Assembly: GCF_963921235.1 (NCBI RefSeq)
Contig: NC_086108.1
Coordinates: forward strand, 48,300,001-48,364,000
Source of the DNA: Mobula hypostoma
Taxonomy: Eukaryota
Direction of reading: 5' to 3'
DNA length: 64,000 bases
Shown: in pieces, positions 10,702 through 22,322 of the stretch
How positions within the stretch are numbered: the stretch's first letter is position 1
Layout: every line of letters starts with the position of its first letter
The notes under the pieces: model-generated
Databases searched by the model: none
What the model was told of the DNA's origin: nothing
Seen by the model: the letters and a program-made list of their open reading frames with translations, nothing else
Made by a program: the position numbers and the translations under genes

Positions 10702-12085
10702 GTAAGCTCCTTTGCCTACCATACCAATAATCTGCTGTTGGAGGTGCTTTAATCACAGTGGTCTAGGTGTACAAGCTAATGTTCTCTGACTTCAAGGTCA
10801 TATTGCTCAGAACTACATGAAACAGAGAGAAATAGAGCAAAATAGAAACATGTACATTTTTCTCCCTCCTTTGCAAGCTTTTTGGATGTTTATGCGTGAT
10901 CTGCTTCAAGCAATCAGCCTACCCTGAAGTAAAGTTTGGAGCAGTGGTTAGCAATGTATTTCATTTTTTTTTAACTTAAGAATTATGAAACATTTTCTCT
11001 TATTTTCTTACAATTTAAAAGGTTATTCAACCTATTGTGTTCATGCTGCCTCACTGATCCTTCCCATGTTTTAAAAAGTAAGCGATGCCTCGGAATTTGT
11101 CTGCAAACCAGGAGGTTGCAAAAAGTGTTGGAGATAGTTACTTCCTGAGTTTACGTACTAGTATTTAAAAAGTGAGTAGTGCCTATTGGGACTTGTCTGT
11201 GGAATGGGAGATCACTTAGGTTATTAGTAACTTAGCAAAGGCCAACAAAAATAAGTTAGGTTGAAGCAGAGTGGCCATTGTTGGAGTGGGCCACTATTAG
11301 CATTGTCAGGCTTTGGCAAGAAAAGGCAGCGGTTAACAGTGCTGGGTATTTTGGAGTTACTTATTTGATTGTAGAACTTAGTTTGAGAAGCTAAGGCTTG
11401 AGAGACAAAGATATAAGAAGTGTAGGCAAGATGGTAGTTCAAACAGTGGAATACTTGTCCTGTAAAATGTTGGATTACAGGATACCTAACAGTTTCTCTG
11501 ATGACTACATCCGCAGGAAGTACACCCAACTTCAGCTCCTGACTGACAAGGTCGAGGAACAGCTCCTGACAAACAAGGTTTACACCTGAATCCAAGGGGA
11601 CCAATATTCTTGTAGGCAGGTTTGTTAGAGCTGTTGGGGAGGGTGCAAACTAATTTGGCTGGGGGATGGGAACCGGAGTGAAGGGTCAAATGATGGATGG
11701 TAAAAAAGCAAAGATAGTGTGCAGTCAGACTGTCAGGAAGTGCAGGCAGATGATAGGACAAAATTGCAGCCAGTGGGGTGAGTATCAGTGCATTAGGGAT
11801 GCAAAATCAAAAAAGGTCAGCAAATACAGTACATAACTCAATGCACAGAGTATAAGAAATAAAGTGGATGATCTTGGTGCACTTGTACAGATTGCCAGGA
11901 ATAATGTTATGGCCATCGCTGAAGTGTGGCTGAAGGATGGTTGTAGTTGGAAATTGAAGATCCACGGTTACACATTGTATTGGAGGGATAGGAAAGTCGG
12001 CAGAGGTGATGGCATAGCTCTGCTGGTAAAGAATGGCATCAAATCATTAGAAACATGAGACATAGGATCAGAAGATGTTGAATCC

Positions 12086-14393
12086 GACGGGACATCAACC
12101 GTCTCGACTTCACCGCACCTTGTCCCCATTCCAACCTCACTCCTTCGGAACGCTCTGCTCTCCACTCCCTCCGCACTAATCCTAACCTTATTATTAAACC
12201 CGCCGATAAGGGGGGTGCTGTTGTAGTCTGGCGTACTGACCTCTACCTTGCCGAGGCACAGTGACAACTCGCGGATACCTCCTCTTATTTACCCCTCGAT
12301 CGTGACCCCACCAAGGAGCACCAGGCCATTGTCACCCACACCATCACCGACTTTATCCGCTCAGGGGATCTCCCATCCACTGCTACTAACCTTATAGTTC
12401 CCACACCCCGCACTTCCCGTTTCTACCTCCTACCCAAGATCCACAAACCTGCCTGTCCTGGCCGACCTATTGTCTCAGCTTGCTCCTGCCCCACCAAACT
12501 CATTTCTGCATACCTCGACACTGTTTTATCATCCCTTGTTCAATCCCTTCCGACCTATATTCGTGACACTTCTCACGCTCTTAAACTTTTCGATGATTTT
12601 AAGTTCCCTGGCCCCCACCGCTTTATTTTCACCATGGATGTCCAGTCCTTATATACTTCCATCCCCCATCAGGAAGGTCTCAAAGCTCTACGCTTCTTTT
12701 TGGATTCCAGACCTAATCAGTTCCCCTCTACCACCACTCTGCTCCGTCTAGCGGAATTAGTCCTTACTCTTAATAATTTCTCCTTTGGCTCCTCCCACTT
12801 CCTCCAAACTAAAGGTGTAGCTATGGGCACCCGTATGGGTCCTAGCTATGCCTGCCTTTTTGTTGGGTTTGTGGAACAATCTATGTTCCATGCCTATTCT
12901 GGTATCTGTCCCCCATTTTTCCTTCGCTACATCGACGACTGCATTGGCGCTGCTTCCTGCACGCATGCAGAACTCATTGACTTTATTAACTTTGCCTCCA
13001 ACTTTCACCCTGCCCTCAAGTTTACCTGGTCCATTTCCGACACCTCCCTCCCCTTTCTAGATCTTTCTGTCTCTGTCTCTGGAGACAGCTTATCCACTGA
13101 TGTCTACTATAAGCCTACTGACTCTCACAGCTTTCTGGACTATTCCTCTTCTCACCCTGTCTCTTGCAAAAACGCCATCTCCTTCTCACAATTCCTCCGT
13201 CTTCGCCGCATCTGCTGTCAGGATGAGGCTTTTCATTCTAGGACGAGGGAGATGTCTTCCTTTTTTAAAGAAAGGGGCTTCCCTTCCTCCACTATCAACT
13301 CTGCTCTTAAACGCATCTCCCCCATTTCACCTACATCTGCTCTCACTCCATCCTCCCGTCACCCCACTAGGAATAGGGTTCCCCTGGTCCTCACCTACCA
13401 CCCCACCAGCCTCCGGGTCCAACATATTATTCTCCGTAACTTTCGCCACCTCCAACAGGATCCCACCACTAAGCACATCTTTCCCTCCCCCCCTCTCTCT
13501 GCATTCCGCAGGGATCGCTCCCTACACAACTCCCTTGTCCATTCGTCCCCCCCCATCCCTCCCCACTGATCTCCCTCCTGGCACTTATCCGTGTAAGTGG
13601 AACAAGTGCTACACATGCCCTTACACTTCCTCCCTTACCACCATTCAGGGCCCCAAACAGTCCTTCCAGGTGAGGCATCACTTCACCTGTGAGTCGACCG
13701 GGGTGATTTACTGCGTCCGGTGCTCCCGATGTGGCCTTTTATATATTGGCGAGACCCGACGCAGACTGGGAGACCGCTTTGCTGAACATCTACGCTCTGT
13801 CCGCCAGAGAAAGCAGGATCTCCCAGTGGCCACACATTTTAATTCCACATCCCATTCCCATTCTGACATGTCTATCCACGGCCTCCTCTACTGTAAAGAT
13901 GAAGCCACACTCAGGTTGGAGGAACAACACCTTATATTCCGTCTGGGTAGCCTCCAACCTGATGACATGAACATCGACTTCTCTAACTTCCGCTAAGGCC
14001 CCACCTCCCCCTCGTACCCCATCTGTTACTCATTTTTATGCACACATTCTTTCTCTCACTCTCCTTTTTCTCCCTCTGTCCCTCTGAATATACCTCTTGC
14101 CCATACTCTGGGTCACCCCCCACCTCCTTGTCTTTCTTCCCGGACCTCCTGTCCCATAATCCTCTCGTATCCCCTTTTGCCTATCACCTGTCCAGCTCTT
14201 GGCTCCATCCCTCCCCCTCCTGTCTTCTCCTATCATTTTGGATCTCCCCCACCCCCTCCAACTTTCAAATCCCTTAATCACTCTTCCTTCAGTTAGTCCT
14301 GACGAAGGGTCTCGGCCTGAAACGTCGACTGCACCTCTTCCTACAGATGCTGCTTGGCCTGCTGCATTCACCAGCAACTTTGATGTATGTTGC
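12086..14393 (+). mobile_element. 5'-truncated Penelope-like element, Neptune-type (RT + Cys linker + GIY-YIG endonuclease + pLTR)
   Basis: RT motifs MDVQSLYTSIP, KGVAMGT, LRYIDD, PFLD, YYKPTD; linker CKWNKCYTC; EN VIYCVRCSRCGLLYIGETRRRL..RF.EH; frameshift in the poly-C near 13550; TSD TTGAATCC at 12078-12085 and 14394-14401. Confidence 0.95.
14295..14330 (+). ncRNA. Minimal type I hammerhead ribozyme in the Penelope 3' pLTR
   Basis: AGUC-CUGACGA-AGG(GUCUCGG)CCU-GAAAC-GUC^-GACU; predicted cleavage after C14326. Confidence 0.85.
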
Positions 14394-17300
14394 TTGAATC
14401 CTTGTGGGTTGAGTTAAGAAACTGCAAGGGTAAGAGGACACTGATGACAATTATATACAGGCCTCCAATCAGTAGCTGGGATGTGGACCACAGATTACAA
14501 TGGGAAATAGAAAAGGCGTGTCGAAAGGTTAATGTTATGCTAGTCATGGGAGATTTTTACATGCAGGTAGATTGGGAAAATTAGGTTGGTAATGCACCTC
14601 AAGAGAGTGTATTTTTTGAATGCCCACAAGACAGCTTTTTAGAGCAGTTTGTCATTGCGTCCACGAGGAGATCAACTATATTAGATTGGATGTTATGTAA
14701 TGAACCAGAGGTGATTCTGGAGCTTAAGGTAAAGGGACCCTTAGGAGGTAGTGATCACAATGTGAAAATTTGATAAGGAGAAAGTAAAGTCTGACATAGC
14801 AGTATTTCAGCAGAGTAAAGGAAATTACAGTGGTATGAGAGAGGAGTTGGTCAAGGAAAATTTGAAGGAGATGTTGGCAGGGGTGACAGCAGAGCAGCAA
14901 TGTCTTGAGTTTCTGGGGAAAATGAGGAAGATGCAGGACATATGTATTCCAAAAACAAAGAAATACTCAAATGGCAAAATGGCAACTGTGGCTGACAAGG
15001 GAAGTCAAAGCTAATGTAAAAGCTAAAAAGAGGGCATGCAACAAAGCAAAAATTAGCTGGAAGATAGAGGATTGGGAAGCTTTTAAAAACTTATGGAAAG
15101 CAACCTAAAAAATCATTAGGAGGGAAAAGATGAAATATGAAAGCAAGCTAGCAAATAATATCAAGGGTGGATAGAAAAAAGCTTTTACAATTATATAAAA
15201 AATAAAAGATGAGATTGGATATAGGACCACTCGAAAATGAGGCCAGAGAAATAAAGGGGGACAAGGAAATGGTAGATGAACTAATGAACACCAGCAGTGT
15301 GCCAGGTGTTGAAGGGTGTGAGGGAAGAGAATTGAGTGCAGTTACTATTACTAGGGAGAAAGTCCTCAAAAAGCTGAAGACCTAAAGGTACACAAGTCAC
15401 CCAGACCAGATAAACTGCACCAAGGGTTCTGAAAGGCGTAGTGGTAGAGATTGGGAAGGCATTAGTAATGGTCTTGCAATAATCATTGGGCTCGGGCATG
15501 GTTCTAGAGGACTGAAAATAGCAAATGTAACTCCACTCTTTAAGAAAGGAGGAAGGCAGCAGAAAGAAAATTATAGACCAGTTAGCCTGACCTCAGTGGT
15601 TGGAAGATGTTGGAATCAATTGTTAAGGATGAGATTGTGAAGTACTTGGTGACACAGGACAAGATAGGACGAAGTCAGCATGATTTCCTTAGGGGAAAAT
15701 CTTGCCTGACAAACCTGTTGGTTTTCTTTGAGGTGATTACAAGTAGAATAGATAAAGGGGATATTGTATATTTGGATTTTCTGAAGGCCTTTGACAAGTT
15801 GCCACACATGAGGCTGCTTACCAAGTTAAGAGCCCATGGTATTACAGGAAAGTTACTGGCATGGTTAGAGCATTGGTTGATTAGTAGGAGGCAAACGTGG
15901 GAATAAAAGGATCCCTTTCTGGTTGGCTGCCAGTGACTAGTTGTATTCCACAGGGGTTGGTGTTGGAACTGCTTTTTATGCTGTATATCAATGATCCAGA
16001 TGATGGAATAGATGGTTTTGTTGCCACATTTGCAGTTGATATGAAGATTGGTGAAGGGGCAGGTAGTGTTCAGGAAACAGGAAGGCTACAGAAGGTCTTA
16101 GACAGATTAGGAGAATGGGCAAGAAAATGGCAAATGAAATACAATGTTGAAAAATGCATGGCCGTGCACTTTGGTAGAAGAAATAAATGTGCAGACTACT
16201 TTCTAAATGGGGAGCAAAATCCAAAAATCTGAGATGCAAAGGGATTTGGGAGTCCTTGTGCAGAACACTCTAAAGGTTAACTTGCAGTTTGGGTCAGTGG
16301 TGAGGAAGGCAAATGCAATGTTAACATTCGTTTCAAGAGGTCCAGAACATAAGTGCAGGGATGTGATGCTGGGGCTTTATAAGGCACTGGTGAGGCCTCA
16401 CCTTGAGTATTGTGAACAGTTTTGGGCTCCTTATCTAAGGAAAGATGGAGAGGGTTCAGAGGAGTTCACAAAGATGTTTCTGGAAAGAGAACATCTGGTG
16501 TCTCTGTGCCTGTACTCCCTGGAATTCAGAAGGATGAGGTGGGATCTCATTGAAACCCTTCGAATGTTGAAAGGCCTAGACAGAGTAGATGTGGAAAGGA
16601 TGTTTCCCATGGTGGGAGAGTGTAGGACAAGAGTGCACAGCCTCAAGATAGAGGGGCGCCCATTTAAAACAGAGATGCAGGGAAGTTTCTTTAGCCAGAG
16701 AGTGGTGAATTTGTGGAATTTGTTACCGCAGGCAGGTGTGGAAGCCAAGTCATTGGGTGTACTTAAGGCAGTGATTGATAGGTTCCTGATTGGAAATGGC
16801 ATCAAAGGTTATGGGGAGAAGGCCGGGGAGTGGGACTGAGAAGGTGATAAAGGATTAGCCATGATTGATTGAATGGTGGAGCAGACTAGATGGGCCAATT
16901 CTGCTCCTATGTCTTATGGTTTTATGGTCTACCCATCGCTCCTGGATGTACTTTGGACCACCAGGATGCTGAAAACCTCATAGATGAAACTTTTGCCAAG
17001 GTGATCATACCCAGAGTGCAGACTTCAGACAGTAATTGGGTGACCACCAGAGAGAGGAAAGGGAGTAAGCAGTTAGTTGGGGGGTTCCCCTGTTGCAGTT
17101 CCCTCAGCAACAGGAATACTCCTTCGGATACTGCTGGGGATAGACAACTTACCAGGGCACAGCAGCAACAGCCAGGCCAGTATCTCTGTGCCAATTCTGA
17201 GGCTTCGCAGGGAAGGTTAAATTCAGGCAAAGCAATAATGATAGAAAACTCTATGGTTAGTGGGATGGACTGGAGATTCTGTGGCTGCAAATGAGAAACC

Positions 17301-18140
17301 AAGATGGTTTGTAGCCTTTCAGGTATTTAAGGTCCAGGATGTTTCAGACTGACTGCAGAATGTTCTCAAGGGGCAGGGAGAGCAGCCAGAAGTCATGGTG
17401 CACTTTGGCACTAATGACATGGGTAGAAATGGGGAAGAGCACCTGCACAGTGAGTTAGGAAAGAGGCTGAAGAGGAGGACCTCCAAGGTAGTAATCTCTG
17501 GATTATGCCCAGTGCCATGTGCTAGTCAGGGCAGGTATCGGATGATAGTACAGATGAATGAGTGGCTGTGGAACTGGTGCGGGATGCAGCAGGCAGGGTT
17601 TCAGGTTCTTGTATCATTAGAACCTTTACTAGGACAGGGGTGACCTATACCAGAGGGACAGGTTGCACCTGAATAGGAGGAGAAGTAACGTCCTGGCTGG
17701 AAGGTACACAAGTGCTTCTCAGGAGGGTTTAAACTAGTTTGACAGGAGATGGGAACCAAAGCACCAGATCAGAAAGTGGAGGGATGGAGAGGAAGGAATG
17801 TGTCAAGGCCAGTAAAAACAGGCTGGAGCAAAATAATAGATACAATGGGATGGATAGTTTGAAGTGTTTGTGTTTCAAAGAGTATTATGAATAAAGGTGA
17901 TAACCTTAGAACAAGGATCAGTACATAGAACTATGATGTTGTGGTCATTGCAGAGACTTGATTGAGAGAGGGACGGAAATGGTTGCTGAAAGTTCCAGGA
18001 TTTCAATGTTTGAGAAAAGATGGAGAGGAAAGTAAAAGAGGTGGGAGAATTACACTACTAGCTAGAGATAATATCACAGCTGCACTTAGAGATGATATAA
18101 TGGAGGGCTATCCATTGAGTCTGTTTGGATAGAAGTCAAA

Positions 18141-18478
18141 GTTGACCATGCCATCTTGGACAATGTCTCCCATCCACTACATAATGTACTGGTTGGGCAC
18201 AGGAGTACATTCAGCCAGAGACTCATTCCACCGAGATGCAACACAGAGCGTCACAGGAAGTCATTCCTGCCTGTGGCCATCAAACTTTACAACTCCTCCC
18301 TTGGAGGGTCAGACACCCTGAGCCAATAGGCTGGTCCTGGACTTATTTCATAATTTATTGGCATAATTTACATATTACTATTTAACTATTTATGGTTCTA
18401 TTACTATTTATTATTTATGGTGCAACTGTAACGAAAACCAGTTTCCTCCGGGATCAATAAAGTATGACTATGACTATA
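18141..18478 (+). mobile_element. Rex1-like LINE 3' end fragment
   Basis: Encodes ..AILDNVSHPLH..RLIPPRCNTERHRKSFLPVAIKLYNS; AATAAA followed by (GACTAT)n tail. Confidence 0.8.
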
Positions 18479-19339
18479 ACTAAGAGTGCAATCACCCTGT
18501 TGGGATTATACTACAGAACCTCCAATAGCTACCAGGACTTTGAGGAATAGATAGGCAGGCAGATTAAGGAAAGGTGCAAAAACAATAGTGTTGTTGTCAT
18601 GGGGATTTCAACTTTCTTAATATAAACTGGGACTTTCCTAGTGTAAAAGGTTTAGAGGGGGCAGAAATTGTTAGTTGCATCCAAGAGGGTTCCTTGAATC
18701 AATATGTAGATCATCCAAGAAGAAGATGGGCTGCATTGGAACTAGCACTGGATAATGAGACCTTTCAGTGGGGAACAGTGACCCCAATTCCCTAAGTTTT
18801 AAGAGAGCTATAGATAAGGATAAATATGGACTTTGCAGGAGAGTATTAAATTGGAGCAGAGCAAATTATGAGAACATTGGGCAGGAACTAGGGAGAGTTC
18901 ATTGGGAACAGCTGTTCATGGGCATTCACAACCAACACGTGGAGTGTGTTTAAGGACCATCCGTGCAGAGTTCAGGACAGGTAAAGTATGTTCTAGTCAG
19001 AAAGAAGGACAAGGATTGCAAGGTAAGAGAATCTTGGATGTCGAGAAAGGTGAGGGATTTAGTCAAGAAGGAAAAGGAAAAATCTGTAAAGTTTAGGAAG
19101 CTCGAATTATAAAGAAGCCAAAAAAGAACTTGGAATGGAATTAGGAAAGCCAGGAGGGGCAATGCAAAGTCCTTGGCAAATAGGATTAAAGAGAATCTCA
19201 AGGCATTCTATTACAGACATCAGGAGCAGGAGAATAATTATGGAGGGAGTAGGACTACTCGAGGATAAAGGGGTGTGGAACATTTGCTTGAATGTGGAAG
19301 ATGTGGGTGAGGTCCTTACTGAGTACTTTACATCAGTAT

Positions 19340-19786
19340 ATGAAGCAGTAGTAAATCAAGGCAAATGGACTTGTTGTGTTGTCTAGAAGATATTTCACCA
19401 CTCATTCGAGAGGCTTCTTCAGTTCTGATCCATGGTGGGTAGTTTACCAGCTTATAAACTCTGTGAGTTGTTTAAAAGTATAACACTCACATGAGGGTCG
19501 TTAAGAATCGTAGAGGTAATGAGAGGGTCAATAGTCTCGTCTTTGCATGAATGGAGGTGTGAACTGTTGTGGATTCGCCAAGGTAGAGGGCATCTTCGTC
19601 AAACTGGAAAACCCATCCCTGAACAGAGGTGGTGGGGTACGACACCACCTATCAGCTGTTTACGATGTAGTCCTAACATCTCTAGCCCTGCAAAACGTCT
19701 TTTAGACAACACAGCAAGTCCAGTTACCTTGATTTATTGCTGCTTGATATACAAAGACCTGAATGACTGAGAACCTTCATAGACAT
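19340..19786. mobile_element. Short inverted insertion of a second Penelope family (Poseidon-type), 13-bp TSD
   Basis: TSD TTTACATCAGTAT at 19327-19339 and 19787-19799; about 55-nt inverted terminal segments (19341-19396 vs 19691-19747); + strand ORF end ..KLENPSLNRGGGVRHHLSAVYDVVL at about 19590-19690. Confidence 0.85.
19385..19426 (-). ncRNA. Minimal hammerhead ribozyme (second Penelope family), partly decayed
   Basis: Minus strand AGAA-CUGAAGA-A-GCCUCUC(GAAU)GAGUGGU-GAAAU-AUC^-UUCU. Confidence 0.7.
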
Positions 19787-20305
19787 TTTACATCAGTATT
19801 TACCAAGGAGAAGGATGTGGAGGGTAAGGAGATCATGGCCGAGCGTACTGATATGCTAGGCCAGTTCAAGGTAAAGGAAGGGGTAGTGTTTAGTCTCTTA
19901 CTGCAGAGCAGACTTAATAGGCCAAATGGCCTAATTCTGCTCCTTTATCTTATGGTCTTAAAGAGCATTAGGGTCGATGTCCTCAGGGTATGATAGGATT
20001 AAAGTGATGTTAAGTGTATAACTGGACACTTACATTTTGTATTGAAGGAAACATTTAATAAGATTTTGAATAATTAAATGTTGGAGAAATTATTCTTGCA
20101 AATCAGTGAATATGTTGATGGGACCAGTAAGAATATGGACCAAGCCCAAACTCTTGCCGTTGCACAGTTTGAGAACCCATCATTAACATCCTACATCTTC
20201 ATACTGAATCAAGACGTCAGAGCAAAATCCAGTTTTTAAAATTATATTCATAAGGTATGAAATTTGTGAATTTTCTTAGCCTACAGAACAAACAGAGTAG
20301 ATGTA

Positions 20306-21766
20306 CAGTGGTTTCTGGTTAAGTAGGCCATTGGTTAATCAGGGCAGCCAGTTATTGGGGCCAACACTTAAAGAACAAACACTAATAGAGAAACACACAC
20401 AAAGTGCTGGAGGAATTCAACAGGTCAGGCAGTATCCATGGGAAAAATTACGGTTGACGTTTCATGCCGAAACCCTTTGGCAGGGCTGGAGAAAAAAAGT
20501 TGAGTAGATTTAAAAGGTGGGGGCAGAGGAGAGAGAAACACAAGGTGAAACCTGAAGAGGGAGGGATGAAGGGAAGAGCTAGAAAGTTGATTGGTGAAAG
20601 AGTCAGAAGGCCATGGAAGGAAGAAAAAGGGGGTGAAGCACCAGAGGGAGGAGATAAGCAGGCAAGGGGATAAGGTGAGAGAGGGGAAATGGTGAAGTGG
20701 GGGCATTACTGGAAGTTTGAGAAATTGATGTTCATGCCATCAGGTTGGATGCTACCCAAAGGGAATCATGGTGTTGTTCCTCCAACCTAAGTGTGGTCTC
20801 ATCATGACAGTGGAGGAGGCCATGGATAGACATATCAGAATGGGAATGGGAAGTGGAATTAAAATGGGTGGCCACTGGGAATATAGGTCGGCAAAGCGGT
20901 CTCCCAATCTACGTCGGATCTCACCGATTATACAGGAGGTCTCACCGATGTACAGGAGGCCACACTGGGAGCACCAGACATAGTAAATGACCCCAGCAGA
21001 CTCACAGGTGAAGTGTCACCTCACCTGGAAGGATTGTTTAGGACCCTGAGTGGTAGTGAGGAAGGAAGAGTAGGGGCAGGCCCTGAATGAAAATAGCCAG
21101 GATTGCCTTAATTTATTTGAGACGCTATACCACTTAATTGGGGCAGGGTACTGTTGTTGAACAGTTTCTAACTAGCATCGGTCAAGTGCACTGGTGTGGC
21201 TGTTAGACGCTACACCACGCTTAAAGCAAATAGTTTTTAAATAGTGTAAATTGCGTGTACTTGTGTTCAAAAAGCAGTAATTTTGTCACTGGTAGTTGGC
21301 AAGAAATAAGCGGTAAGACAATGCTCACCGTGGTTTCAAGCATTCAGGCTTGGAGATGCCAGAAACGGCTGGGAGTGAAAATGAAACAATTTCACCACTT
21401 CAACATGTTAGAAACTATGAAGATTTTGAGAGTATCGATACCCATCTTGAATGTTGTAATGATAGTGAAAATTTGGAGGATGCAATCGTCGAAAGAATTG
21501 TGTGAAGACAGTTCGTTATCTACGTTAGGTGTCTGCAGCTGGAAATTCCTCTGTTGATAACAATTAGAAATTGATATTCAATTTTATGGTACTGCAGTAG
21601 TATTGATAGTGTTCTGATTTGTTCTCTATTTCATTTAAATGCATAATTTGTTACTCATTTAAACAGTAGTTTGTCTTTTTCCATTAAACTTTGGCTAATT
21701 GGGGCAGCCATTTACTGGGCCAAAATGTACTGGTCCCAATGCATTCCAATTATCTAGAATTGATTG
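20306..21766. mobile_element. Decayed pogo/Tigger-like non-autonomous element, interrupted by a Penelope fragment
   Basis: TA|CAGTGGTTTCTGGTTAA at the left end; degenerate right end CCAATTATCTAGAATTGATTG|TA; a cleaner copy of the same TIR (CCCAATTAACCGGAATCCACTG) lies at 56580-56601. Confidence 0.6.
20392..21080 (-). mobile_element. Penelope (Neptune-type) 3' fragment
   Basis: Reverse complement of the GIY-YIG C-terminus and pLTR of 13650-14393; hammerhead core mutated (CUGCCAA..GAAACGUC). Confidence 0.88.
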
Positions 21767-22167
21767 TATTATGCAGAACAGCTTGAAAAATATTTGCAGC
21801 AACATACATGATAGGACAGCCCTAGTGTAACAGTGACATAGTCCATTGTTGGCAGTTCATATCTGATGTCTTTAACAAAATGGTGAAATACCTTTTCTGT
21901 TTTTGCAAGCTCTTCTAACAGCATTAATGCTCCCTCATCTACATAATAGTGATGCTAAACATCCAGGAGAATAAATAAATGCAGCACAACAGTCTAAGTA
22001 GAATGTAATTTTGGCACTTTTATCATAGAAGACCATTAAGTATTAAATTTGTCCTTCAAAACTCACAGAGTTTTCTTGTAGGGGTCATGTGTTATCAGGT
22101 TCCAAATTTGTCATTGCATTGTACCAGAAGCAATAGTAATAACAGTTCTTCATGCTTTGCACAACAG

Positions 22168-22322
22168 GGTTCTTTTCCTGGGCAGCCCCAACATAGAGGT
22201 AAGAAATGATGGCCAGATGCTCCACATAAAGAATGCACGTCTATCTGAACAGGGCCATTACCAGTGCAGTGCAGTAAATGCTGCAGGAAAACGATTCAAG
22301 AAATTCAAACTCAACATCTACG
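22168..22322 (+). CDS. HMCN1: Hemicentin-1 exon 4, C-half of Ig domain B
   Basis: cAG 22166-22167, GTtagt 22323. VLFLGSPNIEVRNDGQMLHIKNARLSEQGHYQCSAVNAAGKRFKKFKLNIY, matching recalled human PLFLGDPNVELLDRGQVLHLKNARRNDKGRYQC. Phase 2-1. Confidence 0.93.

Larger units (their letters stand above)
11575..16930 (+). mobile_element. Younger near-complete CR1 ORF2 (EN+RT) copy inserted into ORF1 of the older CR1
   Basis: LHLNPRGTNIL esterase end, LNAQSIRNKVDDL, IYRPP, MGDF, QHDFLRGKSCLTNL, YLDFLKAFDK, YKALVRPHLEYC; (TCTTATGG)n-like tail ending near 16930. Confidence 0.9.
11300..20000 (+). mobile_element. Old CR1 LINE (host element): ORF1 zinc-finger/SGNH esterase and ORF2 endonuclease remnants, split by several insertions
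   Basis: ORF1 N-terminus (..DDYIRRKYTQLQLLTDKV) at 11430-11570 resumes at about 16940 (QDAENLIDETFAKVIIP; VHFGTNDMGR esterase); EN motifs at 17860-18790 (GDFN, GNSDPN). Limits approximate. Confidence 0.7.

Noticed and set aside
12086..13996. Selenocysteine recoding or programmed frameshift in the Penelope ORF
   Set aside because: The conserved Cys residues are ordinary TGT/TGC. The TGA near 12262 fits CGA->TGA CpG decay, and the frame change lies in a poly-C run near 13550 (indel or sequencing error).
20440..20490. Further pLTR hammerheads (also near 5318, 32838, 35472, 52943)
   Set aside because: Core nucleotides are mutated (e.g. CUGCCAA, missing GAAA), so they are not called as functional ribozymes.
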